Shown piece by piece: positions 31,155 to 40,381 of a stretch of 64,000 nt of DNA. Positions within the stretch are counted from its first letter, which is position 1. Each line of letters starts with the position of its first letter. Source of the stretch: a virus. Taxonomy: Duplodnaviria > Caudoviricetes. The notes under the pieces were generated by a model, which ran no database searches, had not been told where the DNA came from, and saw nothing but the letters and a program-made list of their open reading frames with translations. Made by a program: the position numbers and the translations under genes. The DNA lies in the IMG/VR virus record IMGVR_UViG_3300021387_000087, one strand, 5' to 3'.

Positions 31155-31200
31155 CAAAAAAAGGGCATAACCTCGCCTGAACAGCGTAAGCTATGCCCTT
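31155..31200 (-). terminator. Long terminator hairpin with U-tract
   Basis: Minus strand AAGGGCATAGCTT-acgctgttcaggcg-AGGTTATGCCCTT then TTTTT. Confidence 0.7.
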
Positions 31201-31278
31201 ATCAATATGACTACCACCAAAAATTAGGGGGTAGTATTTGTTAAAGTATAAAAATAATCACTGTTCATTCAAAAATAA

Positions 31279-31701
31279 TTAATGCTTTTTGTAAACAATT
31301 GAACGGGGTACGTTCTTACCTGATTCACGGGTAGCATTATAAACCGCTTTCTTTACTGTCTCTCCAGCAATTTGCTTTTCAACCTCTGGCTTAACAGATT
31401 CAGATTCTTTCTCCTCGGTTTTTACGGGTTTAGCTTCTTCAGCCATAATCTTTTTGTAAGAATTAGCCATAGAGTTTTTAAGCATTTTCATTTTATTTTG
31501 ATCCATTCCCTGAAGCACTTTTTGGGCATCTTCTTTAGAGGTTTGTCCTGCTTCAAAAGAGGAAAGGATATCAAAGAGATCTACACATTCCTTACTACAA
31601 TACATTGTCATAAACGTGGGATAATTGAGGAATCGGTCACAGTTTGTGCAATACTCATAATGTTTCCCACAGACAACACAGGTTCTATCAAATTTTCCCA
31701 T
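31279..31701 (-). CDS. Zinc-finger hypothetical protein
   Basis: Probable start MGKFDRTCVVCGKHYEYCTNC...YCSKEC after AAAGGAGA; the longer start in the track lies across a terminator. Confidence 0.65.
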   Translation of the reverse strand: MGKFDRTCVVCGKHYEYCTNCDRFLNYPTFMTMYCSKECVDLFDILSSFEAGQTSKEDAQKVLQGMDQNKMKMLKNSMANSYKKIMAEEAKPVKTEEKESESVKPEVEKQIAGETVKKAVYNATRESGKNVPRSIVYKKH

Positions 31702-31744
31702 GTTTTTCTCCTTTACATTTAAATTGTAATAATAGTTACTAAAA

Positions 31745-31780
31745 AAATAAAAAACAGAGTGGGCTGTGGCACCCACTCTG
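31745..31780 (-). terminator. Intrinsic terminator after the major tail gene
   Basis: Minus strand CAGAGTGGG-tgccacag-CCCACTCTG followed by TTTTTTATTTT. Confidence 0.75.
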
Positions 31781-31811
31781 CCATTTAACAAATTTAATTA
31801 AAATCTGTTTC

Positions 31812-32597
31812 TTACTGCTCAGTATCAGCTGTAGCATAGTAAACATGATACAGGGATTTATCAGTGGAGCAGTAGTCAGTCTGAAGACTACCATTGAAGT
31901 CCAGAGTTGCGTTATCAGAACTCAGAGCGATAGTGGTCTCAGGGCTAGGCTGGAAGGACGGAAGCACGATATAGACAGCGCGGAGCGTATCTGCTTCACA
32001 GGGATCAACGCACAGACCTTTCAGAGTCAGACGAACAGTTGCCGGGAACTTGTCAGCGGAGTTAAGAATATCAACACCCTCTGTAACGTTCCTGTCAAAT
32101 TTAACAACATACTGAGACTCAGCAGTATCTGTAGGAGCAGTCAGCTTAGTACCTGCCAGACCAAATTCAGTTGCAGAAGCGGCAGTACCCTGAGTATAAG
32201 CTTTACCCATAGCACCGTTGGTGCCCAGAGCATTAACAGTAATACGATTACCAGCGACAAAACCATTCAGATCAACAGTAGTACCAGCCTTAACTGTGAT
32301 AATCTTAGGCATAACAATGACGTTATCAGCGGTAGCAATATTAGCTTCGTTACCAGACTGAGCAGCCATAACGTTCAGGTTAAGCATAGCGTTGGTTGCA
32401 GTAAACTCACCAGTTTTTGCGTTCCAGAAGCGCTTAATCAGTGTACCGTCTTTATCAACGGCATCACGGGACTCAGCAGAAATTTCAATCGAAGCCTCGG
32501 AAAGCTGAGTCAGGACATAAAGAGGCGTACCATCAAACTTTTCGGCATAGCCCATGGAAATTCTATCGATAATTAAATCACCAAGTTTAAAAGCCAT
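31812..32597 (-). CDS. Major tail (tube) protein
   Basis: 261 aa, beta-rich; codon bias like the capsid gene; followed by a terminator; located after the neck genes. Confidence 0.7.
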   Translation of the reverse strand: MAFKLGDLIIDRISMGYAEKFDGTPLYVLTQLSEASIEISAESRDAVDKDGTLIKRFWNAKTGEFTATNAMLNLNVMAAQSGNEANIATADNVIVMPKIITVKAGTTVDLNGFVAGNRITVNALGTNGAMGKAYTQGTAASATEFGLAGTKLTAPTDTAESQYVVKFDRNVTEGVDILNSADKFPATVRLTLKGLCVDPCEADTLRAVYIVLPSFQPSPETTIALSSDNATLDFNGSLQTDYCSTDKSLYHVYYATADTEQ

Positions 32598-32624
32598 AGT
32601 AATTACCTTCCTTTCTTATAATAT

Positions 32625-33479
32625 TTATTTTTTATCTTTTGCAATTCCCCTATCATATTCGTGTTTAATTTCACGCATGAAATTGAATTGCTCTTTATCT
32701 ACTTTAGAAACATCAGCAAAGCCAGAATATGACCCATGTAAAAGTGCACTCGTAGATTCAATAATCTGTAATCTTTGTACACTATCCATAAATTCATAAT
32801 ATCCAACCTGTTTTAATTCTTGCTTGTTATATTTGAAACCGGGATGATTTAAACATCCAGATATAAGTGGCAGAAGATAAGATGTAGAACTTTTATCTTC
32901 ATCTTTTCTAGCATTTAATTTCATTTCTTCTTCTTCAATCATCCACTCTTTAGTAGTACGATCTTTGGCTTTTTCTATTTTGGGAAACATATTGAAAGTG
33001 CTTCTTAAATAATAAACAATCACATTATAACTATCTTCATCTAACTCGAAATCATTTTCAGGATTATAGAGGGTCGAATTTCGCAAGACTTTGATAATAT
33101 CTGTAATTCCCTTCTCATCAATATTTGTCCAATTTTCTTCAGGCAGAGTATATATTTCGAACTTAGAAAAATCCAAGTCTCCAAAAATCAATCGGGTCTG
33201 CTCTATACTCAAAGTTCTGTAAAGAATCATAAACAACTGATAATCATTTAAAAAAGTCCAATCAATATTCATATCTTTCCAAAGAAAAAGCCTGTAGCTA
33301 GTAGGATTAGCTGTAAATACATTTAACATCGTCCAGAAACTGGATTCACCATATTGTTTATCGTACTCTAATATATCTCCGATGGTAGGTTGATGAATGG
33401 TAATGAAATCATTAACTTTAAAATCATCTCCGTAGAATAATTGAAGCTGAGTAATATTAGAATTGACTGAAGTTGTCAT
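32625..33479 (-). CDS. Hypothetical morphogenesis protein
   Basis: ITIHQPTIGDILE motif; sits in the neck/tail block; start uncertain (33479 or 33515). Confidence 0.55.
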   Translation of the reverse strand: MTTSVNSNITQLQLFYGDDFKVNDFITIHQPTIGDILEYDKQYGESSFWTMLNVFTANPTSYRLFLWKDMNIDWTFLNDYQLFMILYRTLSIEQTRLIFGDLDFSKFEIYTLPEENWTNIDEKGITDIIKVLRNSTLYNPENDFELDEDSYNVIVYYLRSTFNMFPKIEKAKDRTTKEWMIEEEEMKLNARKDEDKSSTSYLLPLISGCLNHPGFKYNKQELKQVGYYEFMDSVQRLQIIESTSALLHGSYSGFADVSKVDKEQFNFMREIKHEYDRGIAKDKK

Positions 33480-34080
33480 AGTTATTATTCGTGCCCATAT
33501 GCCCATTAACGACATTGGGTGCTTTCATAAAGAATCTCATTCTACGGATATAATATTGTGCGTCAATAATCATAGGCTTATCTTCATAGCATCTGAGTTG
33601 TCTACCTAATGCGTTTGTCCAGCAGAGTAAATCACGAACGATATAACTAAGCAAGTCAGTGCGTGCTATACCATACTCAGTATCCATATCATCTTCATGA
33701 ACGACACAATATACTTCGATAAGCTCATTCTTAACAGCTTTACCACCACGATCGTATCTGTCTGTTTGATCCCATATATCAAACATTATAAAATTAAGCA
33801 CTTCCTTCTGTACCCCGTTTAATTTAATCCAAGGCACAATCTGGTCATGCTTAATCGCTTCATTATAATCTAATATTTCCTGACGTTTCTTTAATTCTTC
33901 TTCTGTAGGATTATCTTTATCCTTATATTTATTCAGGGGTTTAGGCTGTTTAGCACCTAATACCTCTTTGAGATCTGGGTCTTCATTAAATATTTTCATA
34001 AGTTCATCTTTTTTATAAATGATGTCGTTATTATGTCGATTGTCCAAATCTCGTTTTATATTGGCTATATCTCTTTTCAT
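33457..34080 (-). CDS. Putative tail completion/terminator protein
   Basis: 207 aa with IEVYCVVHEDDM..GIARTDLLSYIVRDLL; positional inference. Confidence 0.5.
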   Translation of the reverse strand: MKRDIANIKRDLDNRHNNDIIYKKDELMKIFNEDPDLKEVLGAKQPKPLNKYKDKDNPTEEELKKRQEILDYNEAIKHDQIVPWIKLNGVQKEVLNFIMFDIWDQTDRYDRGGKAVKNELIEVYCVVHEDDMDTEYGIARTDLLSYIVRDLLCWTNALGRQLRCYEDKPMIIDAQYYIRRMRFFMKAPNVVNGHMGTNNNYDNFSQF

Positions 34081-35342
34081 CCTATTACCTCCACATCCAT
34101 GGTAGAGCGGCTTTCACCATCCAAATCAGTAACAGTAAGAACAAAAGTATGCCCAATTAAAGTAGATGCTTTCTTAGGATGAATTGAAATGATATTATCA
34201 TCAATTTTATCCATCACCATTAATCTATCTAAACGATTAATTTCAACATCCGTTAATCCATCATTGTCTTTTAATTCTAGTTTCCATTCTGACTTTCTAT
34301 TGGGATCAATAACCTGTTCTCCACCAACAGTTCCTGTATAATATTCCGCAACAAAATAATATGTACCATTCAATTGCAATTTGTTATAATCTGTATCCCT
34401 AATACTTTGGTCAACATAATCAATTTCTAATTCACCATTATCATTAACATGTGCCGTATAAATGTAACTGGTAAGTGTGCTTTCTTGAGGCTCCGCTTCA
34501 GGAATAATGATTTGCGTTTCGCCTGTATCATCATAATAATTACAAATCAAAAGTTCACGATTATCACGTTTTTCGTCCCACTCATCCTGTTTAAGAGTTA
34601 AATTAATAACGCCCATAGGGTTAAGGTCAACTACTTTTGTAATTTCATAAACTTTGGGATTGATTTTATTATGTGACATAACAAAACGTTGCTCATACGA
34701 CATATATCGAGTGTCACAAAGATTGTATTTTTTTAATCCCTCGTCACCATAAAGGTAATGAGTATCGGGCACCCAACCATTCGTAACGTTATCAAGACCA
34801 ACTGTATAATCAGCTGCCCAAACACCGCTTGTATATGAATTAGCGTTTCTTGAACATCCGATAATATGCATCAATTCCATTTTTCCATGAACCTTACACA
34901 TCCACTTAAAATCCCAGTTACATTTTAAAATATTATATCTAACAAACTGTGCTTCATCATTCCGATTAACAATCATCCACAATTTATCCATATCAAACCC
35001 TTCATCTTTAAAAGGGTCGTCAGGTTCATATTCTTCAAAACCAATTTCATCATTCGTATCATTAGGTATAAATACATATACTCCAATTGGATAATGGACT
35101 TTAGGTCTAAATTGCAGATAATAATCCACGGCATCTTTTAATATTGATACGGTAGCATGTTTGGAATATTTGGCATCTTCATAATGCCAACCATTTTCAG
35201 GGTCAAGTATATATACACGTTTGTATCCTGTGTCACCAGTAAAGGCAGCATTCATTATCATATCAGACTGATTACGTCTAGCTTGTGATAAGTTTTTACC
35301 TCTACTGGTCAACATTGATTTATACATATCCTGTGTAATCAA
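34077..35342 (-). CDS. Putative head-tail connector (stopper-like) protein
   Basis: 421 aa in the neck block; WMIV...YNILKCNW motif; positional inference. Confidence 0.5.
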   Translation of the reverse strand: MITQDMYKSMLTSRGKNLSQARRNQSDMIMNAAFTGDTGYKRVYILDPENGWHYEDAKYSKHATVSILKDAVDYYLQFRPKVHYPIGVYVFIPNDTNDEIGFEEYEPDDPFKDEGFDMDKLWMIVNRNDEAQFVRYNILKCNWDFKWMCKVHGKMELMHIIGCSRNANSYTSGVWAADYTVGLDNVTNGWVPDTHYLYGDEGLKKYNLCDTRYMSYEQRFVMSHNKINPKVYEITKVVDLNPMGVINLTLKQDEWDEKRDNRELLICNYYDDTGETQIIIPEAEPQESTLTSYIYTAHVNDNGELEIDYVDQSIRDTDYNKLQLNGTYYFVAEYYTGTVGGEQVIDPNRKSEWKLELKDNDGLTDVEINRLDRLMVMDKIDDNIISIHPKKASTLIGHTFVLTVTDLDGESRSTMDVEVIG

Positions 35343-35348
35343 ACCACA

Positions 35349-35678
35349 TCACTCCACGCCAATTTTATCAACGAGATTATGTGCGTCTAATACAAATTTT
35401 CTATATACTTGATAATCAAACTGCTCATTACAAGATTCCCGATAAGCAGCTTGCAATTTACAACAAATATCTATTATTGGCTCAGGATAGCAGAGCAATT
35501 CATTTAGCCCATCTATCTCCTTCATGAGATTCACAAAATATTTTGGGAAATCTACACTTTCATAATTTTGTGCGGTTTTCGGATCTTTATAGAGAAGTAG
35601 CCAAAATAATTTTTTATGGAGTTTACTTTTGAATTCAGCAACTTGTGCATCACTGAATTTACCGTAGAGATATTCCAT
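35349..35678 (-). CDS. Hypothetical protein
   Basis: 109 aa, TAATG-coupled to the upstream gene. Confidence 0.6.
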   Translation of the reverse strand: MEYLYGKFSDAQVAEFKSKLHKKLFWLLLYKDPKTAQNYESVDFPKYFVNLMKEIDGLNELLCYPEPIIDICCKLQAAYRESCNEQFDYQVYRKFVLDAHNLVDKIGVE

Positions 35679-36244
35679 TAGGACTCACCACTCCTTAGTC
35701 TGGATGAATATGAGGTGCCATCAATATATGAATTATTAGTTAAACCACGATCTCTGATAAGTTTTCTTTGTAAATAAATTGCTTTATCTAAAACTTCATT
35801 ATTTACAGCAGTATGATTAGCTTGTGCATAAAATTTCTCTGCGCTAGTACCATACATCTGTGTAAGATTCACGGTACTAAACACCAACGGCATAAGCCAC
35901 TGTACAATCATTCCATACCCAATAACATCTGCAATAAATATCTTATCTAAAGATTCATTAATTTCTCTTACTAATTCATATTCAATATGTCCTTCAACAA
36001 TAACAGGTTCGCCTGTTTCTTCATCCACAACAACTTCACCATCTTCGTCCAGCTTTTCAGTTGGATCATTAATGGTAATGTTGTTAAACAGTCTGCTTAC
36101 ATAAGGGTCACTAACAGCGGAATAAATTAAACCCCATAAAAATTCATTCCGATATTCATCTGTGATATCTTCTGTAAACAAATTAAGTATCTCCCCCTTC
36201 CGAAGAAAGGAGGAGATTAATTCGTCATATGTAATAGTAGGCAT
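35678..36244 (-). CDS. Putative head-tail adaptor protein
   Basis: 188 aa, AGGAGGT RBS; second gene after the capsid; EKFYAQANH motif. Confidence 0.5.
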   Translation of the reverse strand: MPTITYDELISSFLRKGEILNLFTEDITDEYRNEFLWGLIYSAVSDPYVSRLFNNITINDPTEKLDEDGEVVVDEETGEPVIVEGHIEYELVREINESLDKIFIADVIGYGMIVQWLMPLVFSTVNLTQMYGTSAEKFYAQANHTAVNNEVLDKAIYLQRKLIRDRGLTNNSYIDGTSYSSRLRSGES

Positions 36245-36264
36245 TGGACTACCTCCTATTCACA

Positions 36265-36846
36265 TTATTCTGTATCGCTATTTAGCCCAGTCAGAATAGC
36301 CAAGTCAGTGCCCCAAGCACCATCTAAAGCCCTGATAGTAGAAATGCTATCAAGTTCACCTGTTCTGACCATGTCAGCAGCAACACTCTTCATACTATCT
36401 ACAACGCCAGCGGGCAGATTAGGAAGAATTGCCTGAACTTCCCTTACAGGTCTTTTAAGTAAAGCCTTTAAATCCGATACCGGATAAAGATTCTCATAGA
36501 ACTGCTTTAATTTAGGAAACTCATTAATAAAGTCCTGATCTTCGACAATAATCATAGGACGGAAGAGTAGATTAGTGCCAGCACGTACTTCTGCTACCAA
36601 ATCCTGATATTCAATACCAATTGTGTCATTTCTACCCAAAAACGTGTAAATCATATTAGTTCTTTTGCCAAGAAGATGTGTTTTACCAACAAGTACAGAC
36701 TTACAAGGAATTCTGTCATCAGATGCAAACTTCCTCTTTTCTGAGACAGTCTTCTTTGTTTCTACAACTTCAGGCTCAATCACAACATTCTCAGCAATTG
36801 TAGGTGCAGGTGTAATAACCTGCGTTTTCTTAGCACTTCTTGCCAT
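36265..36846 (-). CDS. Hypothetical protein following the capsid gene
   Basis: 193 aa, AAAAGGAG RBS. Confidence 0.6.
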   Translation of the reverse strand: MARSAKKTQVITPAPTIAENVVIEPEVVETKKTVSEKRKFASDDRIPCKSVLVGKTHLLGKRTNMIYTFLGRNDTIGIEYQDLVAEVRAGTNLLFRPMIIVEDQDFINEFPKLKQFYENLYPVSDLKALLKRPVREVQAILPNLPAGVVDSMKSVAADMVRTGELDSISTIRALDGAWGTDLAILTGLNSDTE

Positions 36847-36884
36847 AATTCTTTACTCCTTTTAAATCCAATATTTAATTATTA

Positions 36885-37988
36885 TTAGGCGGGAAGAGTC
36901 CACATACCGAAATAACGACCAAGCTGAACGCCCACGCCGAAGCCACGGGTCATTTCATACTTCATAACGTCATCCCAACGACCGTTCTCTTCACCCTTCT
37001 CGGTGACCTGATAAATCTCGGTCTCACCCTGATCAACGACCTTGACAAACTTATCCTCGATAACAGGCAGAATAAGTAAAATCTTATCATCAAAAGCTTT
37101 CTGAGTCAGGGACTTATCCAAATAACGCTGAGGAATCTCAACCAGCTCAGTTCCCTCGTAAGTACCAAGTCTACCAGTATTAGCAACAGACTCCTTCTGA
37201 GACTGTGCTCTCCAGTCAACATCAGTCAGAGCGTTCAGTTTCTTCAGAGCAGTTTTAGTACCAACAATAATAGCTTCACACCCATTAATGGTTTCGACTT
37301 CTGTGATAATCTCATCAAAAGTATCTTTAACCAAAGTGTTATTACCAATCAGAGTAGGAGAAGCGGGAAGCTTCTTATAAGCATCGCCAAATGCCGCATA
37401 AATCTGATTAATAAGTTCAGTCTGGAATGCCTTAGCAACTGCATTCACCAGTGCAGCCCAATCTTCTTGACCAACAAGATAACGATCAATCTGTGCGCCA
37501 ACAGCAGCACCATAGACTTCCTGCTTAACAGTAAATCTTTCGCCCCTGCCAAGTCTCTGGAGTACGAAATCATGATGCTGACCAGAAACCTTAGCAACAC
37601 TCAGAAGAGTGTCATCCTCAGTTACGAATTCAATAATATCATCATTGGCGATAGAACGTCTGTCAACATACTGCATGAAGAAATCGTTCTCACGAAGTCC
37701 TTCCTCAATCTTCAGATCAACAACTTCCTCGATAACTTCAAACAGCTCTTCGCCGTGCTTACGCATTGCACGATGCAGAGTGCGTTTAGTAGGCTTCTCT
37801 TCATGAATATCAAGAATCTGATAAACGAATTTTCTCAGCTTATCATTAGCTTCCTGCTTACCAATAACCTTGCCATCATCAACAATATCATTGCCCATAG
37901 CAAGATCAAACATCAGATTGCGAACAGACTCATAAGGAGTCTCCGCAAAGATATTTCTAAGGTGTTCAGTAGAAAATACTTTAATCAT
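36885..37988 (-). CDS. Major capsid protein
   Basis: 367 aa; follows portal, protease and decoration genes; high-expression codon bias; GTKTALKKL...GRLGTYEGTELVEIPQ pattern. Confidence 0.8.
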   Translation of the reverse strand: MIKVFSTEHLRNIFAETPYESVRNLMFDLAMGNDIVDDGKVIGKQEANDKLRKFVYQILDIHEEKPTKRTLHRAMRKHGEELFEVIEEVVDLKIEEGLRENDFFMQYVDRRSIANDDIIEFVTEDDTLLSVAKVSGQHHDFVLQRLGRGERFTVKQEVYGAAVGAQIDRYLVGQEDWAALVNAVAKAFQTELINQIYAAFGDAYKKLPASPTLIGNNTLVKDTFDEIITEVETINGCEAIIVGTKTALKKLNALTDVDWRAQSQKESVANTGRLGTYEGTELVEIPQRYLDKSLTQKAFDDKILLILPVIEDKFVKVVDQGETEIYQVTEKGEENGRWDDVMKYEMTRGFGVGVQLGRYFGMWTLPA

Positions 37989-38016
37989 ATCGCTTTATCC
38001 TCCTTTCTATAGTCTA

Positions 38017-38478
38017 TTACGCTGCAACGACATACTTGCCGTCTGCAAAAGATACTGTCTTGCCAACAGCGGGTATACCTTGGAATCCCTCGACAGACAT
38101 CTCAAAGATATCGCCCTTAACCAGAGAATAACCCTTAACAACATCACCAGTCTTATTCACCCATGCTTTAGGATTTTCGGTCTGAGGAATATCATAAGGA
38201 GTAATTTCAGGCATCAGAATCCAAAGCGCCTCTGTAGCTTCAGTAACTTCAACATACCAATTACCATTAGCGGCCTGCTCAACAATCTTACCCGCAAAAG
38301 TAGGAGCAGCCGCCTCTTTATAAGTACCAAGTTTAATGTAATCGCCACGACCAACCAGTTCACCATTATCGTGATCAGCAGTCAGTTCGATATCAAAAAT
38401 GTGTCCACCACCATTAGCTGCAAGCAGTCTGGAAGGGAACGCTTCGTTATGTGTAAAAACAAAAGCAATATCAATCAT
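38017..38478 (-). CDS. Probable head decoration/cement protein
   Basis: 153 aa between scaffold and capsid; DNGELVG...VKGYSLVKGDIFEMS; high-expression codon bias. Confidence 0.6.
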   Translation of the reverse strand: MIDIAFVFTHNEAFPSRLLAANGGGHIFDIELTADHDNGELVGRGDYIKLGTYKEAAAPTFAGKIVEQAANGNWYVEVTEATEALWILMPEITPYDIPQTENPKAWVNKTGDVVKGYSLVKGDIFEMSVEGFQGIPAVGKTVSFADGKYVVAA

Positions 38479-38512
38479 AACGTTTAACTCCTTTCTTAAA
38501 ATTTAATAAATA

Positions 38513-40165
38513 TTAGTCAAAGAGATTTCCATATCTCTTGTTGCTATCAGCAGATTTTCCCTCAGGAACTCTAAATAGAGAGAACTTGTGCTGATTAGTG
38601 TCCTTTGCGACATGCGTCTTTTTGCTATTGGATTTAGCATAAGAAAGCAGAAGAGCATCGCATTTAGCTTGAATTTCATCAGCAGAATATTCAGAAGCCT
38701 TTGCTTTGATTTCTGCAAATTCGGCAGAACCAGAAATATCATTCCAATCTTCAGAATTAATAATTGCTTCTTTACGAGAATCTTCTTCGGCTTGCTGATA
38801 TTTAGCCAATTCATCAGACATAGCAGAATACTTAGAACGCATATTCTCAATTTCAGCTTCCTCAGTATCTGTTACATAAATTGCATGAACAGGTATTCTG
38901 TCACCCTTGAGAGAGAAGACGCCAGCACGTTCGCCATAAGACTGACGATAAGCACTACCAGCCCAAATGTCTACCATTACAAGTTCTTTATCATAAACAA
39001 TTACATTGTAATAAGTGTTATCAGCCTCAGAATAAGCATCATTAACCAGAGTAGAAAGCGCATAAATTTTATCATTCAGAGACACAGCAAATTCTTTGCC
39101 ATTAACACTATAGGCGATAGAGTTGTCAATCTTTTTAACTGGTTCATCATCATCTTGTGCACCATCTTCACCTTCGTCCGCTTCAGGTTCAGGATCTGTT
39201 TCAGGCTCTTCGGGTTCTGCTTCTCCCTCAGAATCATCACCTTCAGCACCCTCATCTCCAGATTCAGGATTATCTTCAAAATTCGATTCAGGAGTAGGAT
39301 CAGCTTCAGCATTACCAAACATCTCTTCGAATTTAGCTTTCAGCTCTTCATCTGTCAGATTATCATGCTCAAAAGTGATATCTTCAGCAGTCACATTGTA
39401 CTGCTCCAACAGTTGCTCAAATAAGCCCATATCATCTTTTCCTCCTTTCATAGAATTTTGATCTATCTCAAATGTGGCTTTATCCACATTGAAATTTAAT
39501 AAAGATATATTAGCACCTTCCATGGCTGGCTCTACTGTCGAACCATCTTCATAATATCCAAGGATAGTAATTCCTTTAAACACAAAATCATCAATATTTA
39601 AAATCTTTTCCTTGGCATCATATGAAAAATCATAAACATCAATTTCTACAGATACAGGACATTGACCGTCCGCATCCATAAGAATTTCAGGTGCTTTTGT
39701 GTACCCCTCATAAAGATAAGCATCTGTTTCAATATATTCTTTATCTTTATCAGCATCATATACTAATTCTGGTTTAGCATCGGTAGGAACATGACCTACA
39801 GGAATCTCATCATAAACAATTTCCCCATTTTCACCCTCGTGCATTGCATGCCAACCAAAAACATTTTTCTGCTCTCCATCAATCTCAAGCTGATGGATAT
39901 ACGCTAAAATAGGTCGATTCTTAATACTTTTTAAGTTCTTTTTCATAGAACTGTAAGTAATCTGACTTCTATTTCTATTTTTACCTACGTGAGCAGCTTT
40001 TAAATGCGCTTTTACAAGACCATCTTTATCTGTATCTTTATTAAAAGATAGAGATCCCTCAAGCCCGATAGCCACAAATGAGCCACCAAATTCGTCTTTA
40101 GAAAACTTCAGATTACTTCCTTTATTTACCAGATAATCATAAAAAGCGTCTATACTAATAAACAT
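38513..40165 (-). CDS. Prohead protease/scaffold fusion
   Basis: Likely start MFISIDAF at 40165 after AAAGGAGGTG; HVGKNRNRS, PVSVEI, FKGITILG...VEPAMEGA protease-like region; then an acidic linker and helical C-terminus. Confidence 0.7.
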   Translation of the reverse strand: MFISIDAFYDYLVNKGSNLKFSKDEFGGSFVAIGLEGSLSFNKDTDKDGLVKAHLKAAHVGKNRNRSQITYSSMKKNLKSIKNRPILAYIHQLEIDGEQKNVFGWHAMHEGENGEIVYDEIPVGHVPTDAKPELVYDADKDKEYIETDAYLYEGYTKAPEILMDADGQCPVSVEIDVYDFSYDAKEKILNIDDFVFKGITILGYYEDGSTVEPAMEGANISLLNFNVDKATFEIDQNSMKGGKDDMGLFEQLLEQYNVTAEDITFEHDNLTDEELKAKFEEMFGNAEADPTPESNFEDNPESGDEGAEGDDSEGEAEPEEPETDPEPEADEGEDGAQDDDEPVKKIDNSIAYSVNGKEFAVSLNDKIYALSTLVNDAYSEADNTYYNVIVYDKELVMVDIWAGSAYRQSYGERAGVFSLKGDRIPVHAIYVTDTEEAEIENMRSKYSAMSDELAKYQQAEEDSRKEAIINSEDWNDISGSAEFAEIKAKASEYSADEIQAKCDALLLSYAKSNSKKTHVAKDTNQHKFSLFRVPEGKSADSNKRYGNLFD

Positions 40166-40178
40166 GATTACACCTCCT

Positions 40179-40367
40179 TTATAAATGCACCGTTCTTGAA
40201 AAGGTACATTTATCAACAGGAATAGTGCTATATTTTCCGTCTTCAAAACGACCTATATTCACAAATACAAACTGACTTCCTTCTTTTTCCATTTCGGGAT
40301 AACCAGCCTGTCTAAGCATTTCAGCTACCTCTGCATCAGAGGTTTTAATAAACGGCATTTTTTCCAT
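40179..40367 (-). CDS. Small hypothetical protein
   Basis: 62 aa, AAGGAGGT RBS; fills the portal-protease gap. Confidence 0.6.
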   Translation of the reverse strand: MEKMPFIKTSDAEVAEMLRQAGYPEMEKEGSQFVFVNIGRFEDGKYSTIPVDKCTFSRTVHL

Positions 40368-40381
40368 TGTTAAACCTCCTT

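Noticed and set aside
31845-32576. 243-aa plus-strand ORF
   Set aside because: Antisense shadow of the major tail gene, explained by its codon bias; no RBS or recognisable motif
37467-39461. Several plus-strand ORFs (181, 135, 278, 112 aa)
   Set aside because: Antisense to capsid, decoration and scaffold genes; composition mirrors the sense-strand codons
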